Below, piece by piece: positions 30,875 through 41,550 of a DNA stretch of 64,000 bases. The stretch spans positions 3,637 through 67,636 of the forward strand of contig JAVBOI010000017.1 of assembly GCA_031550695.1 (NCBI GenBank), in the 5' to 3' direction. The position numbers were made by a program, and so were the translations under genes. This stretch comes from Desulfovibrio sp. (GTDB taxonomy: Bacteria > Desulfobacterota > Desulfovibrionia > Desulfovibrionales > Desulfovibrionaceae). Positions within the stretch are counted from its first letter, which is position 1. Each line of letters starts with the position of its first letter. The notes beneath the pieces were generated by a model. The model ran no database searches and had not been told where the DNA came from. It saw only the letters and a list, made by a program, of their open reading frames with translations.

Positions 30875-31981
30875 TCATAATTCGCGAGCCAGGGTTCGTA
30901 TCTCTTCACACGGGTGCGCGGCAAGAATCTGAACAACCGTTTCAAACGTGGGATCTTCCATTCTCTTGTAGCAGCGGGCAAGTGACAGAAGAAGGAGCCC
31001 ATGCAAAGGCTCGCCGGAAGCAAGCTCCAGGGCGTCATGAAAGGCAAAAAGCGCTTTTTCATACCTTCCCAGGTGAAAAAGCATTGTGCCCAGCCAAATA
31101 TGAAATCCAAGACCGTCACAGTGGCCGGTTACGGCATCACCCAGGTCTGCCGGGTTATACCAGCGGCACATTACGGTATAATCATATTCCAGCTTGTTGA
31201 TTTTCAGATTCTGGTAATGATTTTTCTTATATACATTGTCCAGCATCTCCAATCTCTCATGATAGCCAGATTTTTGCCCCCCAACTATCCTGGTCATCTG
31301 GTCCATCCAGTCTATCCGGCTTTTGCCGTATTCGTCGCGGGCCAACAGGATGCGGAGCCTTCTTGAAACGTCATCAAATTTTCGATAATTGAAATGGTGG
31401 ATGATATAGCGGATGTCCGCCTCGCGCATGGCGCCGCCGTTCGTATTATACGTATGGGCGCCGCTTCTGGCATATATCGGAGGTTGATCGTTGTCGTGTC
31501 TTAGCAAGTTGTATTTCCAAATACTTGTGCGATCGACAATACCCACCGGCATAAAATCGGCGGGATGATACCCGGGGATACAATACGGCTCATGCGTGGG
31601 GAGGTGATTGCAGGCATACCCGCCGACAGCGCGGACATCGTCAGGCAGCTCGCTCAGATTCCGCTTAATGCTTTTGCCGTTGTGGAAGTCGGGGAACTCA
31701 TCCGCGTCCAGGTATAGCCACCAGTTTCTATCGTCCGGCGACCGTTCATTCAAACCCAACGCGCATTTATTGATATAAACAGTCTTTTGCGCTTCATCGA
31801 AATGCTTGCTGGCAAACCTGGCATGATACACGGCCCCGGCCCTGACGGCCTGCTGCACGGTTTTGTCCGTGCTGTCATTATCTATGATGAAAACCCTGTC
31901 ACACCCCTGGGCATAGGCATGACGAACCGTTGAGGCGATGATGTCTTCTTCATTCCATACGCACAAAATACAGTACAGCAT
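30875..31981 (-). CDS. Glycosyltransferase family 2-like protein with C-terminal TPR-like region
   Basis: WNEEDII, IIDNDSTDKT, YLDADEF DxD motif; visibly lower GC. Confidence 0.8.
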   Translation of the reverse strand: MLYCILCVWNEEDIIASTVRHAYAQGCDRVFIIDNDSTDKTVQQAVRAGAVYHARFASKHFDEAQKTVYINKCALGLNERSPDDRNWWLYLDADEFPDFHNGKSIKRNLSELPDDVRAVGGYACNHLPTHEPYCIPGYHPADFMPVGIVDRTSIWKYNLLRHDNDQPPIYARSGAHTYNTNGGAMREADIRYIIHHFNYRKFDDVSRRLRILLARDEYGKSRIDWMDQMTRIVGGQKSGYHERLEMLDNVYKKNHYQNLKINKLEYDYTVMCRWYNPADLGDAVTGHCDGLGFHIWLGTMLFHLGRYEKALFAFHDALELASGEPLHGLLLLSLARCYKRMEDPTFETVVQILAAHPCEEIRTLAREL

Positions 31982-32107
31982 GGCATGAGCTCTTGTTTAC
32001 AGGTTGAAGACAAAACCGCATCCGATCTGCCTGAAGGCCGCAACGCCATGAGGCGGCATGGCGGCAAAGGCGATGCGGATGCGGTCATTATACACGCAAC
32101 AGGAGGG

Positions 32108-34006
32108 TTATGGCAGCAACAACTTTTGTCCCGGTCTGATTTTGGCGCTGGCGTCAAGCTTGTTGGCCTTTTGCAGATCCTGGGCCGAAACGTTGTTGGC
32201 CCTGGCAATGCTGTACAGGGTGTCCCCGGCCTTTACCGTGACGCTGCCGCCCTTTGCCCTGGCGGGCGCTTTTCCCGCATCCGCGCGGCCCGGCTTTGCG
32301 TCGTCGGCTCTGGCCGAAGGAGCCGGCCTGGGGGTAGTACGTTCCACGGCGCCGGGTTTTCCCGGAATGGTCAGCTTCTGCCCGGTGCGTATTTTGGGGT
32401 TTTTGCCGTCAAGCTTGTTGACCGCGCACAGCGAGGAAACGGACACGCCGCAATCTCTGGCAATGCCGCCGATGGTGTCGCCCTGGCGCACGGTGTAGGT
32501 GCCACGCGCCGCGCTCGGCTGGCCGCTTGAAAGGTCCGCGTTTCTGCCGGCGGGGGCCGGGGGGCGGTTCTTGCTGTCGCCGGGAATGCTGATGCGCTGC
32601 CCCGGCTTCAGCGCGGTCTTGCTGCCCATGCGGTTGGCCAGGCGGATGCTGTCCACGTCGGTGCCCCATTGCTGGGCAAGGGAATACAGCGTGTCGCCCG
32701 AGCGCACCGTGTACGAGCCGGCGCTGGCGCTCGGCGAAGAGGCGGTGGGGGGCAGGGCGGCGTAAACGGGTTCCACCCTCTGGCCGCTGCCGGGCAGAAG
32801 AATGACGTTACCGGGCTTGGGCAGGGAGGAAATGCCGTTGGCCTCCCTGATGGCGGCCACGCTGACCTTGTTGCGCTTGGCGATGGAGGCGAGGGAGTCG
32901 CCTTTCTTTACCCGGTATTCCTTCAGCCCGGCATAGACGCGGGCTTCGTTGCTGGCCAGCCAGCGCACGGTATCGGCCATTTTGTCCGGCGGGACATAGG
33001 CGGTGGATTCCCGCGCCGGCGGGCTGGCCGTGCGGCGAAAAGCCGGGTTCATGCCGGAAAACTCGTCCCAGGTCAGGCCCAGATGGCGGGCCAGACCGGA
33101 AAGGTTGGTGCCGGGCGGGACGTTGACGGGCTTTAAGTCCCAGGCCATGTCGGGCGAGGGCTCCTGGAAGCCGAGCCGCTTCAAGTTGCGCATGATTTTG
33201 GCAATGGCGATCAGGCGCGGCACGTAATCCCGCGTTTCGGTCTTGAGGCGGGCGCTTTCCTCGAGCTGGCAGTCAAGGCGGCAAAGATCGAAGAAGTCCG
33301 TGGCCCCGGTGCCGTTCACGGCCCGGCCGATTTTGCCCTCGCCGGCGTTGTAGGCGGCCACGGCCAGATTCCATTTGGCGAAATCGTTGTACAGCTTGAG
33401 CAGATAGTCCGAAGCGGCGTAGGTCGCTTTATAGGGGTCGCGGCGTTCGTCCACCCAACTGTCCTGTGTCAGGTCGAATTTTTTGCCGGTAAAGGGCATG
33501 AACTGCCACAGGCCGACCGCGCCGGCCGGAGAAATGGCGTTGGGGTTGCCGCCGCTTTCCACCATGGCCAGGTAGGCGATGTCGGGCGGGATACCCCGTT
33601 CGGTGAACACTTTTTTGATGTAGGGCAGAAAGCGCGACGTGCGCTCGAGAAAACGCTCGAACGTGCCGCGTTTTTCGTGCACAAAGTATTTGAAGTGCAA
33701 TTCCACCGTGCGCGCGTCCTCGGCGCTGAGGTCGCGGTCCAGGTCGCCCACGGTCTTGAAGGCCTGAAGTTCCGCCGGCGTGAGGGGCAGGCCGTCATCT
33801 CTGGGCGTGTACGGGCCGGGCATGGTCTCTTCCATGGTGGTCCGGTACTTGGCGGTGGGGTCCTCCTTCGGCGCCTTGGCGCAGCCGCCGGCTATCAGGA
33901 TGCAGGCCATCAGGGCGAAAACAGGCAACACTCTCGTTCCAAAGGCGGCCGGTCCGGCGGTGGGCAAAAACGGCGGGAATTTTCTCAGCTGAAATGATGG
34001 TGCCAT
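32108..34006 (-). CDS. mltD: Membrane-bound lytic murein transglycosylase D-like (SLT + LysM repeats)
   Basis: Lipobox IAGGC, LAMVESG, AVGLWQFM, AAYNAGEG, ETRDYVP; four LysM (VxxGDxL) repeats. Confidence 0.88.
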   Translation of the reverse strand: MAPSFQLRKFPPFLPTAGPAAFGTRVLPVFALMACILIAGGCAKAPKEDPTAKYRTTMEETMPGPYTPRDDGLPLTPAELQAFKTVGDLDRDLSAEDARTVELHFKYFVHEKRGTFERFLERTSRFLPYIKKVFTERGIPPDIAYLAMVESGGNPNAISPAGAVGLWQFMPFTGKKFDLTQDSWVDERRDPYKATYAASDYLLKLYNDFAKWNLAVAAYNAGEGKIGRAVNGTGATDFFDLCRLDCQLEESARLKTETRDYVPRLIAIAKIMRNLKRLGFQEPSPDMAWDLKPVNVPPGTNLSGLARHLGLTWDEFSGMNPAFRRTASPPARESTAYVPPDKMADTVRWLASNEARVYAGLKEYRVKKGDSLASIAKRNKVSVAAIREANGISSLPKPGNVILLPGSGQRVEPVYAALPPTASSPSASAGSYTVRSGDTLYSLAQQWGTDVDSIRLANRMGSKTALKPGQRISIPGDSKNRPPAPAGRNADLSSGQPSAARGTYTVRQGDTIGGIARDCGVSVSSLCAVNKLDGKNPKIRTGQKLTIPGKPGAVERTTPRPAPSARADDAKPGRADAGKAPARAKGGSVTVKAGDTLYSIARANNVSAQDLQKANKLDASAKIRPGQKLLLP

Positions 34007-34226
34007 GGAATCCTCGTGGCAGCCGGTTCTGGCGGTTTTTTACCGGCGGAACGGGCTTGCATTGCGCGGGATTGGAAGGTACGAGAGGGCTGAAGCGCGA
34101 GCCGGCCATTAACTTCACGGTCTGCCGCGTGCTGCGGGAAGCAGGTAGTCATACCGCAACTTGCCTTCTGAAGCAACCTGGGTATTTTTGCAACATTCGC
34201 GTAAAACGCATCAAGCGAGCATAACA

Positions 34227-35387
34227 ATGAGTTCTTCTTTTCCAAAACCAGCCCGGCGCCGTTCGAGCCAGACGGGCGCCCGGAACCCGGATGACCGGAA
34301 CGGGCGCGCCGGCTCGCCCCCCCGGCAAAGCGGGACCGGCGAGGCCGCCCGTCCCGCGCGTCACGAAAAAGCTCCGGGAGGAACCGGAGAACGGGCCGAT
34401 GCCCGGGCCGCTTCCGGTCGCGCTTTTTCCCGAAAAGGGGGACAGACGCCGCCCCATACCGATATCCGCCCGGAAGGGCGCGGCGGGGCTCAGGAGGCCC
34501 CGGTGCTGCCGGGAATCAAGCCGGTGCTCGAGCTGCTGGAAAGCACGCCCGAACGCGTGGACGCGGTCTTTTTGCGTAAAGGCCGCCACGGCCGGGACAT
34601 GGAACGCATTGTCGACTTGTGCCGCGGCGCCGGAGTGCGCTTTTCCCTGCTGGACCCGGCTTCTTTCGCCCGCGTGTACGACGGGCGCAGCCAGGGCGTT
34701 GTGGCCCGTCTTTTTGAGGCCGGTTTCGTCGATCTGGACGAAATGCTGGCCAAGGTCATGGATTCTCCCCTGCCGCTTGTGGTGGCGCTCGACCAGGTTC
34801 AGGACCCGGGCAATGCCGGCACGCTGGCCCGGACTCTCTACGCTCTCGGCGGTGCGGGGCTTGTGGCCCCCCGGCATAATGGGGTATACCTCGGCGCCGC
34901 CGCCGCCAAAGCCGCGGCCGGCGCTCTGGAGCGGCTGCCCGTGTCCAAGGTTTCCAACCTCGGCCAGGCGGTGGACAGCGCGAAGCAATGCGGGTTCACC
35001 GTTTACGGGGCCGCTTCCGGCTACGGGATCGAAGGATCCGGAGCCCAGGGCCAGGAATCCTCTTCCGGTGATTCGCGGCAACCGGCCCAGGGGCAACGGG
35101 CGCCCGCCCTTGCGGGCGGTTCGGAAAAGGGACGCCCGACCGGAATTGCCGCAAGCTCGGGCAAGCCCGTGGTGGATCTGTTTTCCCTGGTGCCCCGGCT
35201 TCCGGCCATGCTGATCCTCGGCAGCGAGGAGGACGGCATGCGGGTGAGCATGGAAAAACGCTGCGATTGCCTGATCCGCATCCCCATGCTGCGCGATTTC
35301 GATTCCCTGAACGTGGCCCAGGCGGGCGGGATCATTATCAGTTGGTTCGCGCATTGCGCCTCGGGCCAAGAGAAGCCCCGGCCCTGA
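34227..35387 (+). CDS. TrmH/SpoU family RNA 2'-O-methyltransferase (RlmB-like)
   Basis: LDQVQDPGNAGTLART, ILGSEEDG, IPMLRDFDSLNVAQA. Confidence 0.88.
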   Translation: MSSSFPKPARRRSSQTGARNPDDRNGRAGSPPRQSGTGEAARPARHEKAPGGTGERADARAASGRAFSRKGGQTPPHTDIRPEGRGGAQEAPVLPGIKPVLELLESTPERVDAVFLRKGRHGRDMERIVDLCRGAGVRFSLLDPASFARVYDGRSQGVVARLFEAGFVDLDEMLAKVMDSPLPLVVALDQVQDPGNAGTLARTLYALGGAGLVAPRHNGVYLGAAAAKAAAGALERLPVSKVSNLGQAVDSAKQCGFTVYGAASGYGIEGSGAQGQESSSGDSRQPAQGQRAPALAGGSEKGRPTGIAASSGKPVVDLFSLVPRLPAMLILGSEEDGMRVSMEKRCDCLIRIPMLRDFDSLNVAQAGGIIISWFAHCASGQEKPRP

Positions 35388-35623
35388 AACGGCGATCCCG
35401 CCGAAAAGGGCGCGCGTAGTGAACACATATGTCCATGGATAATTTCCATGCACAGGGGCGAATACGAAAAAGCCCCGTTCATTCCTTGCCGCGCGGGTTT
35501 TCGACCCCGGATCGGGTGGCCGGGCAGTATGGCCTTGCGCTTGTTCTTTGTGCCTTTTTGTGCAAGTAGTAAGGGATTAATGTCGCGAAAATTCCGGTCA
35601 ACCCCGCCATACGGAGACCATTC

Positions 35624-37744
35624 ATGGCTAAAAATCTTTACATAACGGCAGCCGAAGGCAAAAGCGGCAAGTCCGCCATTGCCCTGGGGATGATGCAACT
35701 TTTGCTCAGAAGCATCCGCAAGGTCGCCTTTTTCCGCCCGATCATTAAACAGCCGCAGAACGGCTCCGCGCGCGATCCCGATATTGATCTGATCCTGAAG
35801 CATTTCGATTTGGATATGCCTTACGAGGATAGCTACGCCTATACCCTGCAGGATGCCCGCAACCAGATGAACAGCGGCCAGCACGAGGCCCTGCTGGAAA
35901 ATATTCTTAATAAATACAAAAAGCTTGAGGCGAAATACGATTTCGTGCTCTGCGAAGGCACGGACTTCGCCGGCCAGGATGCGGCCTTTGAGTTTGATTT
36001 GAACTGCGCCATCGCGTCCAATATCGGCAGCCCGGTGCTGGTGGTGGCCAATGCCAGGGACAAGGGTTTTGAGGAGGTTAGGGACTCGACCCAGCTTATC
36101 CTGGACCAGCTTGACGAAAAGGGTTTGGATGTGATCGCCTGCGTGGTCAACCGCTCCTGCCTGAACCAGGCGGAGGTGGCCGAACTGACGGTCGACCTGC
36201 ACAGCCGGGGCAACAGCTCCAATGCCCTGGCCACCTATGTCCTTGCGGAAGAGCGTACTCTCGCCAGACCCACTGTGGGGGAGGTGGGAAAATGGCTGGG
36301 CGCCAGCGTGCTGTATGGCCAGGAACGGCTTGACGTGCTGGTGGACGACTACCTGATCGCCGCCATGCAGGTGGGAAATTTTCTTGAATACATCACGCCG
36401 GGGTGCATGATCGTCACCCCCGGCGACCGGGCCGACGTTATTCTGGGCAGCCTGGCCTCGCGGCTTTCTTCCTCCTATCCGGACATTTCCGGCATAGTGC
36501 TCACCGGCGGCCTGCCGGTGCCGGACAGCGTGCACAAGCTGATCCAGGGCTGGACCGGCGTGCCCGTGCCCATTCTTTTCGTGCCGGAGCACACCTACAA
36601 GACCACCCAGCGGCTTTCGCTCCTGTACGGCAAGATAGAGGCGGGCGACGAACGCAAGATCAACACCGCCCTGGGGCATTTCGCCGTCAACGTGGACACG
36701 CGCGAGATATCCAGACGGCTTGTGAATCTGTGCAGCACCAAAATTACCCCCAAGATGTTCGAATACAACCTCATTGAGCGGGCGGCCTCGCAAAAGATGC
36801 GCATTGTTCTGCCCGAAGGGGCGGAAGAGCGCATCCTGAGGGCCGCGGACATCCTCGTGCGCCGCAAGGTGGCGGATATTATCCTCCTGGGCAAGCTTTC
36901 CGAGGTGAACGCGAAAATTTCCGAACTCGGCCTGGAACTGCATGTTCCCATTCTCCAGCCGGATCAGGCGCCCATGTTCGAAGAGTACGCGAGAACCTAC
37001 CATGAACTGCGCAAGGCCAAGGGCATAAGCCTGGAACAGGCCCGCGACATCATGCTCGATCCCAGCTTTTTCGGCACCATGATGGTGTACAAGGGCGACG
37101 CGGACGGTATGGTTTCCGGTTCCATCAACACCACGGCCCATACCATCCGGCCTTCGTTCGAGTTCATCAAAACCAAGCCGGGCGCGTCCATTGTGTCCTC
37201 GGTTTTCCTCATGTGCCTGAAAGATCGGGTGCTGGCCTTTGGCGATTGCGCGGTTAACCCCAACCCCACCGCGACCGAACTGGCCGACATCGCCATCAAC
37301 TCGGCGGAAACGGCGCGTATTTTCGGCATTCAGCCCAGAGTGGCCATGCTTTCTTACTCCACCGGCAGCTCCGGAAAGGGCGGCGACGTGGATCTGGTCG
37401 TGGAAGCCACCCGCATTGCCAGGGAGCGGGCTCCGGATTTGCTCCTGGAAGGGCCTTTGCAGTACGATGCCGCCATCGATCCGGAAGTGGCCCGGATAAA
37501 GCTGCCCGACAGCAAGGTGGCCGGACAGGCGACGGTGTTCATCTTCCCGGATTTGAACACCGGCAACAACACCTACAAGGCGGTGCAGCGCGCCGCCGGC
37601 GCGGTGGCCATCGGCCCGGTGCTTCAGGGGTTGAACAAGCCGGTGAACGATCTTTCCCGCGGCTGTACTGTGCCTGATATCGTCAATACCGTGGCCATCA
37701 CGGCCGTGCAGGCCCAGGCCAACAAGCAGGCGGGTTCCGCGTAG
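35624..37744 (+). CDS. pta: Phosphate acetyltransferase (long form)
   Basis: AAA/DRTGG N-terminal domains; RIVLPEG, EGPLQYDAA, PVNDLSRG. Confidence 0.97.
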   Translation: MAKNLYITAAEGKSGKSAIALGMMQLLLRSIRKVAFFRPIIKQPQNGSARDPDIDLILKHFDLDMPYEDSYAYTLQDARNQMNSGQHEALLENILNKYKKLEAKYDFVLCEGTDFAGQDAAFEFDLNCAIASNIGSPVLVVANARDKGFEEVRDSTQLILDQLDEKGLDVIACVVNRSCLNQAEVAELTVDLHSRGNSSNALATYVLAEERTLARPTVGEVGKWLGASVLYGQERLDVLVDDYLIAAMQVGNFLEYITPGCMIVTPGDRADVILGSLASRLSSSYPDISGIVLTGGLPVPDSVHKLIQGWTGVPVPILFVPEHTYKTTQRLSLLYGKIEAGDERKINTALGHFAVNVDTREISRRLVNLCSTKITPKMFEYNLIERAASQKMRIVLPEGAEERILRAADILVRRKVADIILLGKLSEVNAKISELGLELHVPILQPDQAPMFEEYARTYHELRKAKGISLEQARDIMLDPSFFGTMMVYKGDADGMVSGSINTTAHTIRPSFEFIKTKPGASIVSSVFLMCLKDRVLAFGDCAVNPNPTATELADIAINSAETARIFGIQPRVAMLSYSTGSSGKGGDVDLVVEATRIARERAPDLLLEGPLQYDAAIDPEVARIKLPDSKVAGQATVFIFPDLNTGNNTYKAVQRAAGAVAIGPVLQGLNKPVNDLSRGCTVPDIVNTVAITAVQAQANKQAGSA

Positions 37745-37947
37745 GGAATGTTTTTGCGATGACCGCTCCCTGCGTCGCCTCCGGCGAGAGCCGGCGCAGG
37801 GAGGAGAGGCAGGCGGGCGCGGCCTGACAATCGGAACGGTCCCACAAGCCCGGACGTGATTTTTTCTGTTTGCGGCCGCATTTCGGCGGCCATGGAAGCG
37901 CAATACCAATACCGGTCGTCGCCGGACGATCAGAGGTGCGATACAAT

Positions 37948-39144
37948 ATGATAGTCCTAGTTCTTAACTGCGGCAGCTCTTCCTTCAAGTACCAGCTTAT
38001 CCACATGCCCGACGAAACCGTCATGTGTTCCGGGCTGGTGGAACGTATTGGCGAGCGTCTGGGCATGCTCACCCATAAAGCCGGCGAGCGCAAACTTTCC
38101 GAGGAGCGTCCTTTTCCCAACCACACCGCCGGCATGACCAGGGTCATGAAACTGCTCACGGACGAAGGCCTGGGCGTTATCACCAGCCTTGAGGAAATCT
38201 GCGCCTGCGGCCACCGGGTGGTTCAGGGCGGCGAGGTTTTTCTGGAATCCTGCAAGGTCGGGCAAAGGGAACTGGTGGGCATCAGCGATCTGGCCCCGCT
38301 TGCGCCGTTGCATAACCCGGCCCACGTAGAGGGCATACAGGTGGCCATGAAGCTGCTGCCCCACGCCCCTTCCGTGGCCGTGTTCGACACGGAATTCCAC
38401 ACGACCATGGCTCCCAGCGCCTATATGTATCCTCTGCCATACGATCTGTATGAGATTCACCGCGTCCGCCGCTACGGGGCGCACGGCACATCGCACCGCT
38501 ATGTCGCCCACCAGGCGGCCAAATTCCTGAATCGGCCCAACGAGGGTTTCAACGTGATTACCTGCCACCTGGGCAACGGCAGTTCCATTACCGCGGTTAA
38601 GGACGGCAAATGCGTGGACACCAGCATGGGCATGACCCCCCTGGCCGGGGTTATGATGGGCACGCGCTGCGGCGATATCGATCCGGCCATTCACGCCTAT
38701 CTCGCCCGCCACACCGACATGGATATCGAGGCCATCAACGATGCGCTTAACCGTAAAAGCGGCCTCAAGGGCATATGCGGCATGGGCGATATGCGCGACG
38801 TGCACGCGGCCCGCGCCAAGGGCGATCAAAAGGCCCAGCTGGCCTTTGAGATGCTCTGCCATACCATCCGCAAATACGTGGGCGCTTATTGCGCTATTCT
38901 CGGCCGGGTGGATGCCCTGGTGTTTACCGCCGGCATCGGCGAAAACGATGATATGACCCGGGAGGGCGTGTGCGCTGATCTCGACATTCTGGGCATCGCC
39001 GTTGACCCGGAAAAGAACAAGCGCCGCTCCGGCGTGGCCCGCGACATCAGCGCCGAAGGCGCCCGCGTGCCGGTGCTGGTCATTCCCACCAACGAGGAAG
39101 CGGCTATTGCCCAGTCCACCATGCGCGTGCTGGAAAAGATGTAA
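37948..39144 (+). CDS. ackA: Acetate kinase
   Basis: LNCGSSSFK, APLHNP, HLGNGSS, FTAGIGEN, IPTNEE. Confidence 0.97.
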   Translation: MIVLVLNCGSSSFKYQLIHMPDETVMCSGLVERIGERLGMLTHKAGERKLSEERPFPNHTAGMTRVMKLLTDEGLGVITSLEEICACGHRVVQGGEVFLESCKVGQRELVGISDLAPLAPLHNPAHVEGIQVAMKLLPHAPSVAVFDTEFHTTMAPSAYMYPLPYDLYEIHRVRRYGAHGTSHRYVAHQAAKFLNRPNEGFNVITCHLGNGSSITAVKDGKCVDTSMGMTPLAGVMMGTRCGDIDPAIHAYLARHTDMDIEAINDALNRKSGLKGICGMGDMRDVHAARAKGDQKAQLAFEMLCHTIRKYVGAYCAILGRVDALVFTAGIGENDDMTREGVCADLDILGIAVDPEKNKRRSGVARDISAEGARVPVLVIPTNEEAAIAQSTMRVLEKM

Positions 39145-39151
39145 CGCGTAT

Positions 39152-39218
39152 CCCCGCGTAAAACGAAAATTCCCCCGAAAGGCCACGCCTTTCGGGGGAA
39201 TTTTCGTTTTACGCGGGG
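39152..39218. repeat. Perfect 32-bp inverted repeat (3-nt loop), probable bidirectional terminator
   Basis: CCCCGCGTAAAACGAAAATTCCCCCGAAAGGC-CAC-reverse complement, between convergent genes. Confidence 0.85.
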
Positions 39219-39264
39219 CGCGCTCATTTTTCGCTCGGAACGCTTTTGCGCGTTTTCCGCCCGG

Positions 39265-41538
39265 CTATTTTTCAATGATGTCCTTGATAGACGCGGAAAA
39301 AATGCCCGCTCCGAAACTTACGACAAAGATTGTGTCAGGGTTTTCCGGGTCAAAGGTGATGCTCTGGACGGAAGGGAACGGATATTTCCGGCACCAGTTC
39401 CAGCGTTTTCCTCCGTCAAGGCTGTACAGCAGCCCCTGCAGGGTTGTTCCGGCAAAGACCAGGTTTCTGTTGAGCGGATGCACGGCCACCGCCGTGTGGT
39501 GGTCATACTTGCTTATGCCGGTGAGGCGGTAGGCGTCCGTGTCCGTCAGCACCTGCATCCAGGTTTTGCCGCTGTCCGTGGTTTTATACACCCCGCCCAC
39601 GCCCACCCCGCCTTGCGGCGATGCCGCGGTGGCGTACAGCACGGCCGGGTCTTGCGGGTCAAAGGCAAAGGACGTCGCCCAGCGGTTGAGCCTTTGCCCG
39701 GCGCTGATGTGCCGCCAACTCCCGCCCTGATCGCCGGAAACCCATATGCCGCCTCCCTCGGGGTTGAAGTAATCCGGCGAGGGGGCGCGCAATCCCGTAA
39801 CCAGACAATACAGCTCGCCCGTTTTGGGGTGCAGGCGCAAGCGGGCCACGTGGCGATTGGGCAATACGCCGGGCTGGCCCGGGGTTTGCCGCCACGAGAC
39901 TCCGTTGTCAGTGGACAAATACACGCCGGCCTCTGGATTTTCTCCGTAAATGCCGGCGTAAAGCCTGCGGTTTTCGGGCGGAGAGGCGGGATCCAGCACA
40001 ACTGTGGAGCAGACCTGCGCGGGAAGCGCGCCAGGCTCTTTGCGCACGTATGGCGTTTCCCATTTTGCCCCGAAATCGTCGGACGTCACCACTCCGCCCT
40101 GATGCACCCGGCTGCCGGGGAACACCTTGCTTGTTCCAAGAAAGTTGAATATTTCATGGCGGTTGCTGGCCGCGGCATAGAGCTTTCCGGGAACAAGAGG
40201 ATCAAAGGCCAGATCATAAAAGGTATTCGGCCAGGGTGAGCCCCGGGCGGCCCAGGACCAACTCAGGCCTGTATCAAGGGAGCGGGCAAAACCTATGTCG
40301 GCGTAGCAGATGTAGGTTCGGTTTCTGTCGTGCGGATCGAAAAAATAGCCGTAGCAGGCGGTAACTTCCAGGCCGATGCTTTGGCAGCGGTCCACGCCTT
40401 CTTCAAAGGAAGGGAGCAGCCGGAAAAAATTCGGGGTCCAGGACTCGCCCCCGTCGCGGCTGCGGTAGAGCTCGCCCTGCGTGGTGACGAAACAGAGGTT
40501 GTGGTTGGTTTCGGCAATGCCGAAACCGTTGCGGGTGAAATAATAGTCCCAGAAAAGAAGACGCTGCAACCAGGACGGTTCCACATTGGCATTCGGGCTC
40601 CTGGCCTTGCCCGTGGGGGGCATGCGAAACACCTTGCGCCAATTCTGGCCCCCGTCTTCGCTCCGCAGCAGTTGTTGCGTTTTGTCGCTGCCAGTTTGCA
40701 TGGCGTAGACAAGCTGCGTCTGCCCGCGAGGAATGGCCAATTCAGTTTCATTTTCAAAGGGGGATTTGCACAACTGCCAGCTTGCCCCGGCATCCAGGGA
40801 CCGGTACAGGCCATGGCCCCGGACAGAGGCCATAATCAGGCGTTGCCCCTGCTGGTCGACGGCGGTGGCCAGGGCTACCACGCGGTCGGGCAGCGGCGCC
40901 AGCGCTTGCCAACTGTCGCCCTGATCCTTGCTGGCGAGAATTTCCCCCTCACCCACGGCGGCAAGAATCCATCCTTCCGAGACAAGCACCGGGCCTCCGG
41001 CCTTTTCCGACACAGGCGCCCAGTAGAGTTTTTTCCCCAGCCACACGCCTTTGGTCGCGCTGACGAGAAAATACTCGTCCTTTTCCGTCAGAACGGCAAA
41101 CGATAGTATACTGTTGCGGGTGTTGGGGGCGGGAGGATGCTTCACCCATGGTCCGGGGGGAAGAAGCGTCCACGTTTCGGCCCGGTCGTCGCTGAAGCAC
41201 AGTCGCGTTTTTTCGGATACCCAGTAGATGCGGTGCGGCAGAATGATCGGGTGCGGCGCGTACTGCATCTCATTCAGGCGCTGGGCAAAGTGGATCAGTT
41301 CCCAGTTCTCGCCGCCGTCCAGGGAACGGTATGCCCCGCCCATGTCGCAGGTGAGCAGAATGAAATTTTCATCGTGAGGGGCAATAGTGGGGCAGTACAT
41401 GCCGCCGGATCCGCCAATGCCCCGGTTGGTGAAGGCCGGCTGCGCCGACAGCGCCGTCCTGCAGGGCAGGGCCGCGGCCAGCACCGCCCCGCAGAGCGCC
41501 AGAGCGATGCCGAAGCGGAGTTGTTTCCCGATAGCCAT
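39265..41538 (-). CDS. Secreted BNR/Asp-box beta-propeller protein, GH74-like
   Basis: Signal peptide; about 12 S/T-x-D-x-G-x-x-W repeats; CDMGGAYRS and ADIGF motifs. Confidence 0.8.
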   Translation of the reverse strand: MAIGKQLRFGIALALCGAVLAAALPCRTALSAQPAFTNRGIGGSGGMYCPTIAPHDENFILLTCDMGGAYRSLDGGENWELIHFAQRLNEMQYAPHPIILPHRIYWVSEKTRLCFSDDRAETWTLLPPGPWVKHPPAPNTRNSILSFAVLTEKDEYFLVSATKGVWLGKKLYWAPVSEKAGGPVLVSEGWILAAVGEGEILASKDQGDSWQALAPLPDRVVALATAVDQQGQRLIMASVRGHGLYRSLDAGASWQLCKSPFENETELAIPRGQTQLVYAMQTGSDKTQQLLRSEDGGQNWRKVFRMPPTGKARSPNANVEPSWLQRLLFWDYYFTRNGFGIAETNHNLCFVTTQGELYRSRDGGESWTPNFFRLLPSFEEGVDRCQSIGLEVTACYGYFFDPHDRNRTYICYADIGFARSLDTGLSWSWAARGSPWPNTFYDLAFDPLVPGKLYAAASNRHEIFNFLGTSKVFPGSRVHQGGVVTSDDFGAKWETPYVRKEPGALPAQVCSTVVLDPASPPENRRLYAGIYGENPEAGVYLSTDNGVSWRQTPGQPGVLPNRHVARLRLHPKTGELYCLVTGLRAPSPDYFNPEGGGIWVSGDQGGSWRHISAGQRLNRWATSFAFDPQDPAVLYATAASPQGGVGVGGVYKTTDSGKTWMQVLTDTDAYRLTGISKYDHHTAVAVHPLNRNLVFAGTTLQGLLYSLDGGKRWNWCRKYPFPSVQSITFDPENPDTIFVVSFGAGIFSASIKDIIEK

Positions 41539-41550
41539 ATCATCCTCCGT

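Noticed and set aside
35021-37909. 962-aa antisense ORF (likewise 55081..57918 and many shorter ones)
   Set aside because: Antisense shadows of pta and pheT.
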